Notes: generated by a model not told the origin, from the sequence alone. A DNA stretch of 64,000 bases from an uncultured Armatimonadia bacterium (GCA_963749155.1 CAVVLO010000005.1:416001-480000), one strand, 5' to 3'; counted from the first letter of the stretch, positions 18,865 to 28,785 are shown. Numbers and translations are program-made.

Positions 18865-19844
18865 TTTCGGGCCTCAAAGTACTTGGCTATCGGGATGCCA
18901 GAGGGCTTGCGGGCTTTTGGGCGGAAGAACCCGGTGCCGAGTTTGAGGCGCTGGTGCGGGGAAGGGCGCTCTCGGCCCTCTTGAGCGCCGCCCTGGTTGA
19001 TGTGGGAGTCGAATTGCCCCCCGCTAGCGCAAGCCAGCTCCTGCGAGAATATGGCGAACTCGAAGCCATCTACCACGGGCTTTCCCGCTACGCCGACCGG
19101 ATGGCCGCCGGCCTTGCGTATCTCTCCGACTGGGCCTGCTGGAAGGGCGTAGAACACGTCTGGCTGGGTGGAGGAGCGCTTGAACCCCCAGTTGGAGAAA
19201 GCCTCTTGCCCCTCCTTGCCACCTCTTTGGAGCGATGGGGATGCCCTCTTTCAGTTGCCCTTCTGCCCGCCCATCCGGAGGAGAGCGCTCTGCTGGGCGC
19301 CCCGCTGTTTGGCGACTGGGAGGCGGCTCCGATTGGCGCGGCTTTCCCAGTGGTAGACCTCGGGGGAACAAATCTGAGATGGGGACTCCATCTCAAGACT
19401 GCTCCTATATGCGAGGACAAGCCTTTTGCGTCCATCGAAGCCAGTGGCAAGCAGCCTCATCACGCCGAAGAAGATGGCAACCGAGACCGGCTGATCAGCC
19501 TTATTGCGCGCCGGATGGCCGAACTCGTGGATGAAGCGACTTTGCGCGAGGCTCCCCTGGCTGGTTTCTGCCTCACAACGCCAGGGACGCTGGACGCCAG
19601 CGGGGCGGTAATCGATGGGGCAAGAGCCCTTCCCGAATGGCGTTATCCGCCCTTCCACTTGAAAGAAGCACTGGAATGGGAGCTTGGAGAGGTTTTGAGG
19701 GAAGAACCGCTCCCTCCCATCACCATCGTGCCGGATTCGGTCGCTCACGCGCTCTCAGCAGTGCCTTTTTCTGGGGCGTACGAAAAATGGGGAGCCCTCC
19801 TTATTGGCTCGGGCCTGGGCAACTGCGTGCTGGCGCGAACCTGA
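18861..19844 (+). CDS. ROK/glucokinase-like protein, apparently circularly permuted
   Basis: VVDLGGTN, TPG, D..AHAL and IGSGLG lie in the C-terminal half while VWLGGG and ALLGA lie in the N-terminal half; ATGA overlap with the MFS gene. Confidence 0.8.
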   Translation: MISGLKVLGYRDARGLAGFWAEEPGAEFEALVRGRALSALLSAALVDVGVELPPASASQLLREYGELEAIYHGLSRYADRMAAGLAYLSDWACWKGVEHVWLGGGALEPPVGESLLPLLATSLERWGCPLSVALLPAHPEESALLGAPLFGDWEAAPIGAAFPVVDLGGTNLRWGLHLKTAPICEDKPFASIEASGKQPHHAEEDGNRDRLISLIARRMAELVDEATLREAPLAGFCLTTPGTLDASGAVIDGARALPEWRYPPFHLKEALEWELGEVLREEPLPPITIVPDSVAHALSAVPFSGAYEKWGALLIGSGLGNCVLART

Positions 19845-19917
19845 GGACTCCCCATCTCACTTGCTTCTTCGAACCTACTCCGGAAGCGCGATAGGCCCCA
19901 TCGTAAGCGCGGCCATC
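19843..19917. repeat. 75-bp exact direct repeat, copy 1 (orphan duplicate of the esterase gene 3' end)
   Basis: GAGGACTCCCCATCTCAC...GTAAGCGCGGCCATC is identical to 21387-21461. Confidence 0.95.
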
Positions 19918-20013
19918 TCCCAATGTCCGGTCACCAGGCGCCGGAGCAAGCTTTGTCCACGCCGGGTCCCGTTGGCGATTGAACCATGACCGCGATAAAG
20001 AAGGGCCCCCTGA

Positions 20014-21306
20014 TCATTTGGCGAGTTTCAAAGTCGTGCGGATCGGCGCATATATGTTGTGGTCTTCTTTGTCGATCAAATTCATGAGGCCGGTCTTTCG
20101 GTCGTAGCCCCATAGAAGCGTCTCGGCCGGGCTAATTGACGCTAGGACAACCTGGCTGTCTGAAACCGATTTTACGCTGACCACGGTCAGCGTGATCGGA
20201 TCTGAATCAAGCTTCTGGCCTTTGGTCAGGGTCGTGAGCACAGAAGGCGGTATGTAGACTCCTCCGAACTGGCCCAATCCGCTGATCGTCTCGCTCGGTG
20301 ACAACTGCGGAGGCATACCAATCGGATTAGTCGTCGTCAGGACCACCGCATAGCGAACCCAGCCGTTCCCATTGCCTTGCGGCTTGATTTTAAGCTCTTG
20401 ACCGAGCTGGAGTGGAGCGCCGCCGGCAGTCGGCACGAGCGTCGTTCCAAGGTATCTCAGCGGTTCGGGATTCGATGACCATTCGGTTACGTTCTTGCCA
20501 AGCCAGGGATACTTAACCAGCCGTTGCGAGAGGAGGTTGCCCGAAGCCAGCGTTGTACTGGGCGTGTTGCTCACTTCATCTCGACCAATGACGGGCGACT
20601 CCTTGCCCTCGGCGGAGACGGCATCGTGCAGAAGCACGCCGGTCTTTTCGTCGTAGACATACATCATATTGCCCTTGTCGCTGAGCGACTGGATCCAAAC
20701 GGCATCGTGCGTCACGCCGTTATAGGTGTAGGGCATGCGGAGCACCTTGAGGCTGTCGGTCACAGTGTTCTTGGCTTTCTTCAGTTCGGCCGGGTTCACC
20801 CAAAATCCGCCGGCGTTGGCCGCGTATCCAATGACCGGATAAGAAAACGACAGCTTTGGCGCTTCGCCCGGGTTGCTGATGAGATAGAAAGAAACGTAGA
20901 GAGCGCAGACGCCATCCGCTAGCGCCGTCACATCAATCTGCAGGTAGCCTTCGGCTGCGTTCGAACCCTTTTCACCTGGAGACCAGCGCCTGCCGTCTTC
21001 AGTTTGCCAGGCGCCGTTCTCGTCTTCCTTCCAGTTCTCGCCGGTTCCGATAATCGTCGCGGTCTGTACTTTGTAAGTCAGACGCAAGCCAGGTATGGCC
21101 CAAGACGGGGCTGTTCCGTTACCCAATCCAGGCAACGCCAGAATCGCTGGCCCCTGGTCACCGACGAGTCCAACCGGCACAGCTTCCGGCTCTTCGCCAG
21201 ATTGACCGGAGCCATCGGCGTTGGCCAGGAAAGACGCGATAATAACGGCGCCAATTACGACTCCAGCAAGAAGCAATCCTGTGTACCAGACAGGTTTTCC
21301 AGGCAT
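20014..21306 (-). CDS. Hypothetical exported or membrane-anchored protein
   Basis: 430 aa, GGGAGG RBS, N-terminal hydrophobic segment, beta-rich; no motif recognised. Confidence 0.8.
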   Translation of the reverse strand: MPGKPVWYTGLLLAGVVIGAVIIASFLANADGSGQSGEEPEAVPVGLVGDQGPAILALPGLGNGTAPSWAIPGLRLTYKVQTATIIGTGENWKEDENGAWQTEDGRRWSPGEKGSNAAEGYLQIDVTALADGVCALYVSFYLISNPGEAPKLSFSYPVIGYAANAGGFWVNPAELKKAKNTVTDSLKVLRMPYTYNGVTHDAVWIQSLSDKGNMMYVYDEKTGVLLHDAVSAEGKESPVIGRDEVSNTPSTTLASGNLLSQRLVKYPWLGKNVTEWSSNPEPLRYLGTTLVPTAGGAPLQLGQELKIKPQGNGNGWVRYAVVLTTTNPIGMPPQLSPSETISGLGQFGGVYIPPSVLTTLTKGQKLDSDPITLTVVSVKSVSDSQVVLASISPAETLLWGYDRKTGLMNLIDKEDHNIYAPIRTTLKLAK

Positions 21307-21386
21307 GACTGTCCTCCCTTTGTATCCTGAAAACTAGCTCCAGCAATCTGGGCGAGACAACCAACAGCTTATTGAGCCATTAGAAA

Positions 21387-21461
21387 GAGGACTCCCCATC
21401 TCACTTGCTTCTTCGAACCTACTCCGGAAGCGCGATAGGCCCCATCGTAAGCGCGGCCATC
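21387..21461. repeat. 75-bp exact direct repeat, copy 2 (includes the last 13 codons and stop of the esterase gene)
   Basis: Identical to 19843-19917; encodes MAALTMGPIALPE* on the minus strand. Confidence 0.95.
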
Positions 21462-22898
21462 CCGGCTTCATCATGCAGGTTGCAAGCCGGATAGATGCCC
21501 CAGCCATACCACAGCGTCCAGTCGACAGGCGCCGGATCCTGTGTATAGAGCAATACGCAGTTCGGGCGTTCGGGATCGACAAGGGCCTTATATATGGCGT
21601 TGGCATTGGAGCCATCGGCCATCCGCAGGCTGAAGCCCCAGATGCGCGTCTCGGGCAGCAGTTTGCCATTTACCTCATCGAACACCACACGAAGGCCGCC
21701 GGGGAAGCGTTCCACCCCTGCCAGCCTTGGCCCGCGCTTGGCCTTGCCCGCCGCGTACTGGGCGAACCGTAGCCCAAGCTGCTTATGGCCTGCCGTGCCA
21801 ACGTGGATGAGATCATCCAGCGCCAGGTCGTTGGAGGCCACCACAAAAGTATTGGGCAATTCGGTTTCCAGCGTGCGCTCATCGTCTTGCACGGCGTTCC
21901 AGATACTTGCGCAGGTTGGGATCTTCCGGTACGGCGAAGGGGCCTATCTGCACCCAGTAGAAGGGTAGATTGGGATTGCCCACATCGGTCCGGATGCTCT
22001 CGATGAGCCGCGCGAACTTGGCCTTGTAAACCGGCTGGGCGTCCCCATTGGCGTCTGATTCGCCCTGGTACCAGAGCGCGCCAGCAACCTTGCCGCCGAC
22101 GGCCTGGAGGGCTTTCGACATCGAACCATAAAGCGAATTGCCGCCCTGGTCCTTCAGGTCGGGGCTCCACTGGTCCATCGAGGTGCCCCCATGCCCGGTC
22201 GGCACGAGGCCGATAGGCACTCCAGTGAACTCTACCATCCGCTTGGCAAAGGGGATGCCCAGTCCCGCGCCCTTTGCCAGCGTCGCGGCCAGCTTGTCGG
22301 CCTCTTCCTTGGTGGGTTGCTTGTGCCCCTCGCCCCAGGGCCCAGTATGAACTGGGTCGGGCGACTCCCAAAGGCGATGGATAGGCTCGCGCCCCTCATC
22401 CCAGAGGTAGCGCAACCGATAGACGTTCACGAGGGGAGAGGGCTCTTCCTGGCTGCCATCGAGGTTGCCGACGCCCTCCATATTCGATTGACCCGCCAGC
22501 AGCCACAGGTCGCCGACTAGCACGTGTTCGAAGGTGACCGAGGCTTTCGGTGTTTCATCCGGATTGGTCACCGCAAGCCTGATGGTATAAGGCCCGCCGA
22601 CTGGGACGCCCTGGAGAGTAGCTTTCAAGGCGCCCTGCTCGCACACGCCGACTTCAACTGGACACAGACCCTCGACAGGCTTGCCGCCGGCTTCCACACG
22701 CGCCCAAACGGCGCCGTCAGCGCCGCAAGTGCCGGCGACTTCAATTGTGGCTGTGTTGTCTGTCCCTCTCTGGAAAACTTGGTAATCTGCGATTCCCTGT
22801 TCGATTGTCAGCAGAGGCTGGCTTCCCGCATCACTCAAGACGATTCCCCCAAAGGTAAACACTAGTGCAACGTACAGTAATATGGTTGCTGGTTTCAT
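21419..22898 (-). CDS. Sialate O-acetylesterase-like (SASA/SGNH) carbohydrate esterase, frameshifted near 21895
   Basis: Signal peptide; GDLWLLAGQSNM and WYQGESD in the first frame, DLIH (DxxH) in the second. Confidence 0.88.
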
Positions 22899-23003
22899 CC
22901 GCTTGTTCTACTCCCTCCGCGCCAGGCGCGCAAGTTCCGACCGCGAGGAGATTCCCCGGCAAAAGGCCACTCCCTGCCGATGTAAAGAGACTTCATAAAC
23001 TTG

Positions 23004-23032
23004 TTGACAAAGACTTTCCTAGCGCGTATATT
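23004..23032 (+). promoter_or_regulatory. Sigma70 promoter upstream of guaA
   Basis: TTGACA-17 nt-TATATT. Confidence 0.7.
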
Positions 23033-23101
23033 GCGAAAAACAGGAGCCATCCTTCACCTCAATCTCATCTTCCCGAAGGGCCGAAGCAGGAAGCAGAACT
23101 T

Positions 23102-24650
23102 ATGAATCCCACCACCGGGTCACGAGAAACTGTCCTCGTACTTGATTTTGGCGCGCAGTATAATCAGTTGATCACCCGTAAAATTCGTGAACTCAAGGTC
23201 TATTCCGAGCTTGTGCCGGGCGATATGTCGGCAAGCGAGATTGCCGCGCTTGGCCCCAAAGGCCTTATCCTGAGCGGTGGTCCCGCCAGTGTCTATGATG
23301 AAGGCGCGCCTCGGTGCGATCCGGCGATTTTCGACCTGGGTATCCCCATCCTGGGCATCTGTTATGGAATGCAACTGACGGCTTTTATGCTTGGCGGGAA
23401 GGTGTCACACGGCGCTCAGCGCGAATATGGCCCCGCCCTCGCTCAGGTCGTAAGCCAGGACTTGCTCTTCGAGGACTTCCCTCAGCAATTCAACTGCTGG
23501 ATGAGTCATGGCGACCTGGTAGAGCAGGCTCCGAAAGACTTCAAGATACTGGCCAAGACTGCTTCGACTCCAATTGCCGCGATGGGTAACGCCTCCCGGC
23601 AGCTTTACGGGGTGCAGTTCCATCCCGAGGTTGTTCACACGCCCCTCGGGCTTGAGGTGCTCCGGCATTTCCTCGAAGACGCCTGCAAGCTGCGCGCGCG
23701 ACTGGACGGCGGAGCATTTCGTCGAGCTGGCTGTCAGGCGCATCCGCGAGCAGGTGGGCGAGGGCCGGGTGCTGACCGCCGTTAGCGGCGGCGTGGACAG
23801 TCTGGTGACCGCCGCTTTGATTGATAAAGCCGTCGGTGAGCGCCAGACCTGTGTTTTCGTTGATCACGGCTTGCTGCGTAAAAACGAAGGCGACCAGGTG
23901 GAGCGCGTCTTCCACGAGCATTTTCGTAGCGAGCTAATCCGCGTTGATGCAGTTTATCGCTTCCTTACCAAGCTGGCTGGCGTCATCGAGCCTGAGCGCA
24001 AACGGCTCATAATTGGCGAAGAGTTCATCCGCGTCTTCGAAGAAGAAGCCACTAAACTCGGTCATTTCGATTTTCTTGGCCAGGGCACCATCTACCCCGA
24101 TGTTATCGAGTCGGGCGGAGGTAAAGCCGAGATCATCAAGAGCCACCACAATGTCGGCGGCCTGCCCGAAGATATGCAATTCTCGCTCTGCGAGCCACTG
24201 CGCGAGCTGTTCAAGGACGAAGTGCGGCGCGTAGGCGAGACCGCCGGACTGCCCTCTGACATGATTTGGCGCCATCCCTTCCCAGGGCCGGGGCTTGCTA
24301 TCCGCATCATCGGCGAGGTCACTGAAGAGCGTCTGAGTATCCTGCGCGAAGCGGACGCCATTATTGTCGGCGAGATAAAGCAGGCGGGGCTTTACAGGCA
24401 GCTTTGGCAGGTTTTCGGCGTGCTGCCAGCCATCCAGAGTGTCGGCGTTATGGGCGATGCCCGCACTTATGCCTATCCCATCGTCTTGCGCGCAGTCGAG
24501 AGCCAGGACGCGATGACTGCCGACTTTGCCAAGCTCCCCTGGGAGCTGATTACGCGCATAAGCTCGCGTATTGTAAATGAAGTGGCGGGTGTGAATCGGG
24601 TCGTCTACGATGTGACCCCCAAGCCTCCCGCGACCATCGAGTGGGAGTAG
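23102..24650 (+). CDS. guaA: GMP synthase (glutamine-hydrolysing), apparent +1 frameshift near 23690
   Basis: LDFGAQY, GICYGMQ and QFHPE in the first frame; [14 protein letters not shown] and KPPATIEWE in the second. Confidence 0.95.
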
Positions 24651-24652
24651 CG

Positions 24653-25207
24653 ATGGGTCAGTTGCCTGCCGAACTCGCGCGCGTTATCCTTACCGAAGAG
24701 GAGCTTCAGGTCATCGTCGCGAGACTGGCAAAAGAACTTGCCAGAGACTACGGTGACAAGTCTCCGGTGTTTGTGGTAACCTTAAAGGGAGCTTTCATAT
24801 TCGCGGCGGACCTCACCAGACAACTCGACTTTCCCTACACTCTGGAATTTGTTCGGACAAGTTCGTATAGTGGCGCTCACTCCACGGGTAAAGTAAAGCT
24901 GGAATATGCCGATAACCTGAAAGACCGGCTGAAAGGCAGGCATGTCGTAATTATCGAGGATATATTAGACACGGGCATCACGCTGCAGGCGCTTCTGGCG
25001 GCACTGGCCCAATTCGAAACTGCTTCGCTTGAAGTCTGCACTTTGCTCACCAAACCCTCTCGCCTGCAGGTACCCATACAACCCCGGTATACAGGGCAAG
25101 AGATGCCAGACGAATTTCTGGTGGGCTACGGTCTCGACTGGAACGAGCAGTTTCGGTGTCTTCCATATATTGCATCAGTTAACCCCAGGGCAGTCTCACA
25201 GGATTAG
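24653..25207 (+). CDS. hpt: Hypoxanthine phosphoribosyltransferase
   Basis: LKGAFIF, IIEDILDTGITL and FLVGYGLD motifs. Confidence 0.93.
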   Translation: MGQLPAELARVILTEEELQVIVARLAKELARDYGDKSPVFVVTLKGAFIFAADLTRQLDFPYTLEFVRTSSYSGAHSTGKVKLEYADNLKDRLKGRHVVIIEDILDTGITLQALLAALAQFETASLEVCTLLTKPSRLQVPIQPRYTGQEMPDEFLVGYGLDWNEQFRCLPYIASVNPRAVSQD

Positions 25208-25219
25208 GGAGGAGCCAAC

Positions 25220-26548
25220 TTGGCAAAGCAGCAGGGACCCAAAGGCAAAGCGTTCGATTTGTCCGCACTCGAGAGTATGAACCTCGAGCAGCTTTATGAA
25301 GTAGCCCGAGACATTGGTATTACGGGTTACACCAAGCTGCGGAAATCGGAGCTTATTTTCGCCATTATCCAGACGCAGACCGAGAAGAAAGGCCTTATGT
25401 TCCGCGAGGGCCTGCTCGATGTGCTGCAAGGCGACCAGCCAGGCGAGAAGTATGGCTTGCTGCGCGTGCGCGGTTTCGTTCCCAGCGATGAGGACGTCTG
25501 GGTGGCGGACACCCAGATTCGCAAATTCAAGCTGAAGAACGGCGACCTGGTCTCGGGTCAGGTACGCGCCCCCAAAGACAGCGAGCGTTTCTTCGCGCTG
25601 CTGCGCATCGAAGCCATCAACGGCGATGATCCGGAGGTGGCCCGTACCAGGCCTGCCTTCGAAGACCTGACCCCGGTTTATCCCAACCAGCGACTCAAGC
25701 TCGAGACTGGCCCAAGCAAGATATCGCCGCGCCTGATTGACCTGGTAGCGCCAATCGGCCTCGGCCAGCGCGGGATGATAGTCGCGCCGCCCAAAGCAGG
25801 CAAGACGACCCTTCTCAAGACCATAGCCAACAGCATCACGGAAAATTACCCCGATGCTCATATGATGGTCTTGCTGATAGACGAGCGGCCCGAGGAAGTC
25901 ACCGACATCCGGCGTTCTGTGCGCGCCGAAGTTATCGCCAGCACCTTCGATGAACTGCCTGAAAACCACCTGCGCGTGGCCGATCTGGTGCTCAACCGCG
26001 CCCAGCGCCTGGTGGAGCAGGGCAAGGACGTCGTCGTGCTGCTGGACTCCATCACCCGGCTTTCGCGCGCAAGCAACATCACCGTCAATCCAAGCGGCCG
26101 CACGCTTTCCGGTGGTCTTGATCCCTCGGCTATGTACCGGCCCAAGCGTTTCTTCGGCGCCGCCCGCAACATCGAAGAAGGCGGCAGTCTTACCGTGCTT
26201 GCCACCGCGCTCGTTGATACAGGCAGCCGTATGGACGATATGATTTTCGAGGAATTCAAAGGCACCGGCAACTGGGAGCTTGTCCTCGACCGAAGCCTCG
26301 CCGAGAAGCGTATCTTCCCTGCCATTGATATCCGCCTGTCAGGTACTCGCCACGAAGAGTTGCTGCTTTCGCCAGACGAGCTGAAGGCCGTCTGGGCTTT
26401 GCGCCGCGCCATCAGCCACGCCAGCGCCGAAGAGGCCATAAAGCGCGTGCTTGATATGCTGCGCCAGAGCAAGAACAACGTAGATTTCCTCGACGGCATC
26501 CTTTCCAGCCTGCGCAAGCGGGGCGTAGATGTCGAAACTGAAAATTAA
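25220..26548 (+). CDS. rho: Transcription termination factor Rho
   Basis: PPKAGKT, LIDERPEEVTD, LDSITRL, FFGAARNIEEGGSLT and EFKGTGN motifs; GGAGG RBS with TTG start. Confidence 0.98.
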   Translation: MAKQQGPKGKAFDLSALESMNLEQLYEVARDIGITGYTKLRKSELIFAIIQTQTEKKGLMFREGLLDVLQGDQPGEKYGLLRVRGFVPSDEDVWVADTQIRKFKLKNGDLVSGQVRAPKDSERFFALLRIEAINGDDPEVARTRPAFEDLTPVYPNQRLKLETGPSKISPRLIDLVAPIGLGQRGMIVAPPKAGKTTLLKTIANSITENYPDAHMMVLLIDERPEEVTDIRRSVRAEVIASTFDELPENHLRVADLVLNRAQRLVEQGKDVVVLLDSITRLSRASNITVNPSGRTLSGGLDPSAMYRPKRFFGAARNIEEGGSLTVLATALVDTGSRMDDMIFEEFKGTGNWELVLDRSLAEKRIFPAIDIRLSGTRHEELLLSPDELKAVWALRRAISHASAEEAIKRVLDMLRQSKNNVDFLDGILSSLRKRGVDVETEN

Positions 26549-26576
26549 GTTCGCCAGTTCTGGCTAGTTTCAGGGC

Positions 26577-26609
26577 AGGGCGCTCTCCCAGGGGCGCCCT
26601 TCGCTGTTT
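26577..26609 (+). terminator. Possible terminator hairpin after rho
   Basis: AGGGCGCTCT-CCCA-GGGGCGCCCT stem with a weak T-tract. Confidence 0.45.
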
Positions 26610-26611
26610 GG

Positions 26612-27283
26612 ATGGGAAAAATTATGCTTCGCGATTTGCCTGAGGCCGTGTTATGGGATCTGGACGGCACGATTACCAACAGTATGCCGCTCATCTATGC
26701 GGTATATCAGCACCTGGACAGCACCTTGCTGCACCGCGAGGTCAGTCAGGAAGAGATCAGAGTGCGGTTCGGCCCCCCCGATGAGGTCGTAATCAGGAAC
26801 AGCTTCCCCCCTGAACTGGCAACTGAAGCCTGGGCCGAGTTCCAGCGGCATTATTCCCTTTGGCACAGTCGTTATGCGACAGTCTTCGAGGGCGTCCGGG
26901 AGGTACTGGAGGCCGTGCAAAAGGCGGGTCTGCCCCAGGTGCTGGTCACCGCAAAAGGCCAGTGGGCTTCGCATTTCTCGCTGCAACACGAAGACCTGCT
27001 TGATTATTTCGACTTTGTGGTCACGGGCACCGACGTGAAACACTACAAACCTCATCCCGAAAGCCTGCTGGTCGCACTGGCCAGGTTGGGAGTAGACGCA
27101 AGTCGCGCCGTTTATATCGGCGATTCGCGTGGAGACATCCTGGCGGCGCGCGCCGCTGGTCTTACGCCTGTGCTGACGACCTGGGAGGAAGGCGGCTTGC
27201 TGCCCAGGTTCGCCGCGCTGGAGCCCGAATATGTCGTCCATACCCCTGCGGAGCTTCACGACCTCTTGCTGAAGGCTGACTAG
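26612..27283 (+). CDS. HAD-superfamily hydrolase (PpaX/Gph-like)
   Basis: WDLDGT, KPHP and YIGDS..D motifs. Confidence 0.9.
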   Translation: MGKIMLRDLPEAVLWDLDGTITNSMPLIYAVYQHLDSTLLHREVSQEEIRVRFGPPDEVVIRNSFPPELATEAWAEFQRHYSLWHSRYATVFEGVREVLEAVQKAGLPQVLVTAKGQWASHFSLQHEDLLDYFDFVVTGTDVKHYKPHPESLLVALARLGVDASRAVYIGDSRGDILAARAAGLTPVLTTWEEGGLLPRFAALEPEYVVHTPAELHDLLLKAD

Positions 27284-27286
27284 CCG

Positions 27287-28190
27287 ATGAGCGCTCCCGA
27301 CCGCCCCTGTGATGTCTGCCACCGGGCCGAGTCCACCTGGCATATCACCGAATGGGCCGTCCACCTCTGCTCAGGCTGCCTGCCCCGCTATTTCGAAAAG
27401 AAAGTGAAGACCACCCTCACCAGCCTCGGCCAGATTAAAAGAGGCGACCGAATGATGGTGGGCGTCTCGGGAGGCAAGGACAGCGCTGCGCTATTAGGCG
27501 CGCTTCGGGCCTTGCAGAAGGACCTTTATTTCCATCTCACCGCCTTTTATGTCGACATGGGTCTTGAAGGCTATTCGGCCCAGTGTGAAGCCGCCATCAG
27601 GCAGCTCTGCGACCAGCTCCGAGTGCCCGCTTGAGGTGCTTCCACTTGCGAAATATGGCGTCCATATCGAAGCTGTGCGAAAATGGCCAGTCTGCGCCGT
27701 TTGTGGCATCTGTCGCCGCGCCCTTATCACGCGCGAGCTTACCCCTGACCGGTGCGAAGTACTGGCGACCGGGCATACCCTTGAAGATCAACTGCAATAT
27801 ATGGTCAAGAATCTCATCAGCGGACGTTTCTGGTCTCCGCAGCCTGTCCTCGAGGCGACCGACTACCTGCCGCGCAAGGTAAAACCGCTGTTTTTCATCC
27901 CCGAAGCCGCGACCGCCGCCTACACCGAGGTGCGCCAGCTGCCCCTGGCTGAGGCAATCTGCCCCCTGTTCGTCCCCGAGTCTCATTCTTTGAAGGAAGT
28001 AGCCGAAACTCTTGAGCAAGTCGCTCCAGGCAGCAAACTAATCGTCCTGCACAACCTGCGCAAACTGCTCAAGCCCAGAGTCGAAGCCCAAGAATGGCGT
28101 CCCTGCGCCGATTGCGGCACCCCAACTCCAAAGCAAATTTGTGACCTTTGCCGACTGCGCCGTGACCAGGAAGCCTCAAAACCCCTCTAG
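27287..28190 (+). CDS. TtuA/TtcA-family tRNA thiolase (PP-loop ATPase with Zn fingers), frameshifted near 27630
   Basis: CDVC..CSGC, SGGKDS, CAVC, TGH..ED, CP and CADC...CDLC motifs; extra C in GTGCCCGCTT. Confidence 0.85.
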
Positions 28191-28253
28191 ATGCCCCAAT
28201 TTTTGTTTCCAATCCGTAAACATCCTGAAAAAGATTATCTCAACCCTAAACTT

Positions 28254-28268
28254 TGGCACGCTTCGTGC
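28254..28268 (+). promoter_or_regulatory. Putative sigma54 (-24/-12) promoter
   Basis: TGGCACGCTTCGTGC gives GG-N10-GC with a perfect TGGCACG box, in an AT-rich intergenic stretch. Confidence 0.5.
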
Positions 28269-28320
28269 CTATACCTAAGGCAACAGAAGATATTTCTGAA
28301 TCTGGCCAGAGGTGAAAACG

Positions 28321-28407
28321 ATGTTGAGATGGCTCTGTTCGATCGCCCTGCTTGGGCTCGCCAGTGTAGGAATTGGTCCAAAACACTGGGCGCCTGTCGG
28401 TTGTTAG
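28321..28407 (+). CDS. Putative 28-aa small hydrophobic peptide MLRWLCSIALLGLASVGIGPKHWAPVGC
   Basis: GAGGTG Shine-Dalgarno 6 nt before the ATG; below the ORF-track length cutoff. Confidence 0.45.
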   Translation: MLRWLCSIALLGLASVGIGPKHWAPVGC

Positions 28408-28483
28408 GTTCCAGGTGGATGCGTCAGGGAAGGCGCGCGATTCCAATTCGCAGCTCGCTACGCACTAGAGGAGGAGACTAACT

Positions 28484-28720
28484 ATGTTGATTGCACTTGC
28501 AGCGTTGGTTTTTATGTTGATACTGGGCTTCACTTATTTTTCACTGGCTGCTACAACGCTGGCCTGGGTTCAACAAGGAGCAGAATGGTTCAGTCATATT
28601 TCGGGCATCGAGTGCGACCCTGTCAAGGTCGCCTTCGGTGCAGCGGTTCTGGCTGTCCTGATATTCATCGCACTGCTCAGGTTGTTCTGGAAGCAATACA
28701 CCCAAGAATTTAGCTACTGA
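28484..28720 (+). CDS. Small two-TM membrane protein
   Basis: GAGGAGG RBS and two hydrophobic helices. Confidence 0.75.
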   Translation: MLIALAALVFMLILGFTYFSLAATTLAWVQQGAEWFSHISGIECDPVKVAFGAAVLAVLIFIALLRLFWKQYTQEFSY

Positions 28721-28785
28721 CCTGGCTTGCCAGTTCCTGGCGCCTCCCTTATGCTGGAGGCACCAAGGCAAGCGGAGGCAGTCAG

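Noticed and set aside
23040..23101. Purine riboswitch upstream of guaA
   Set aside because: The leader is short and lacks the conserved purine aptamer core.
23680..23710. Programmed frameshifting or phase variation in guaA and other split genes
   Set aside because: No shared slippery motif or long simple repeat at the breakpoints; widespread indels are better explained by sequencing error.
28191..28481. 96-aa ORF spanning the AT-rich intergenic region
   Set aside because: No RBS and atypical composition; it overlaps the better-supported promoter motif and the RBS-bearing small ORF.
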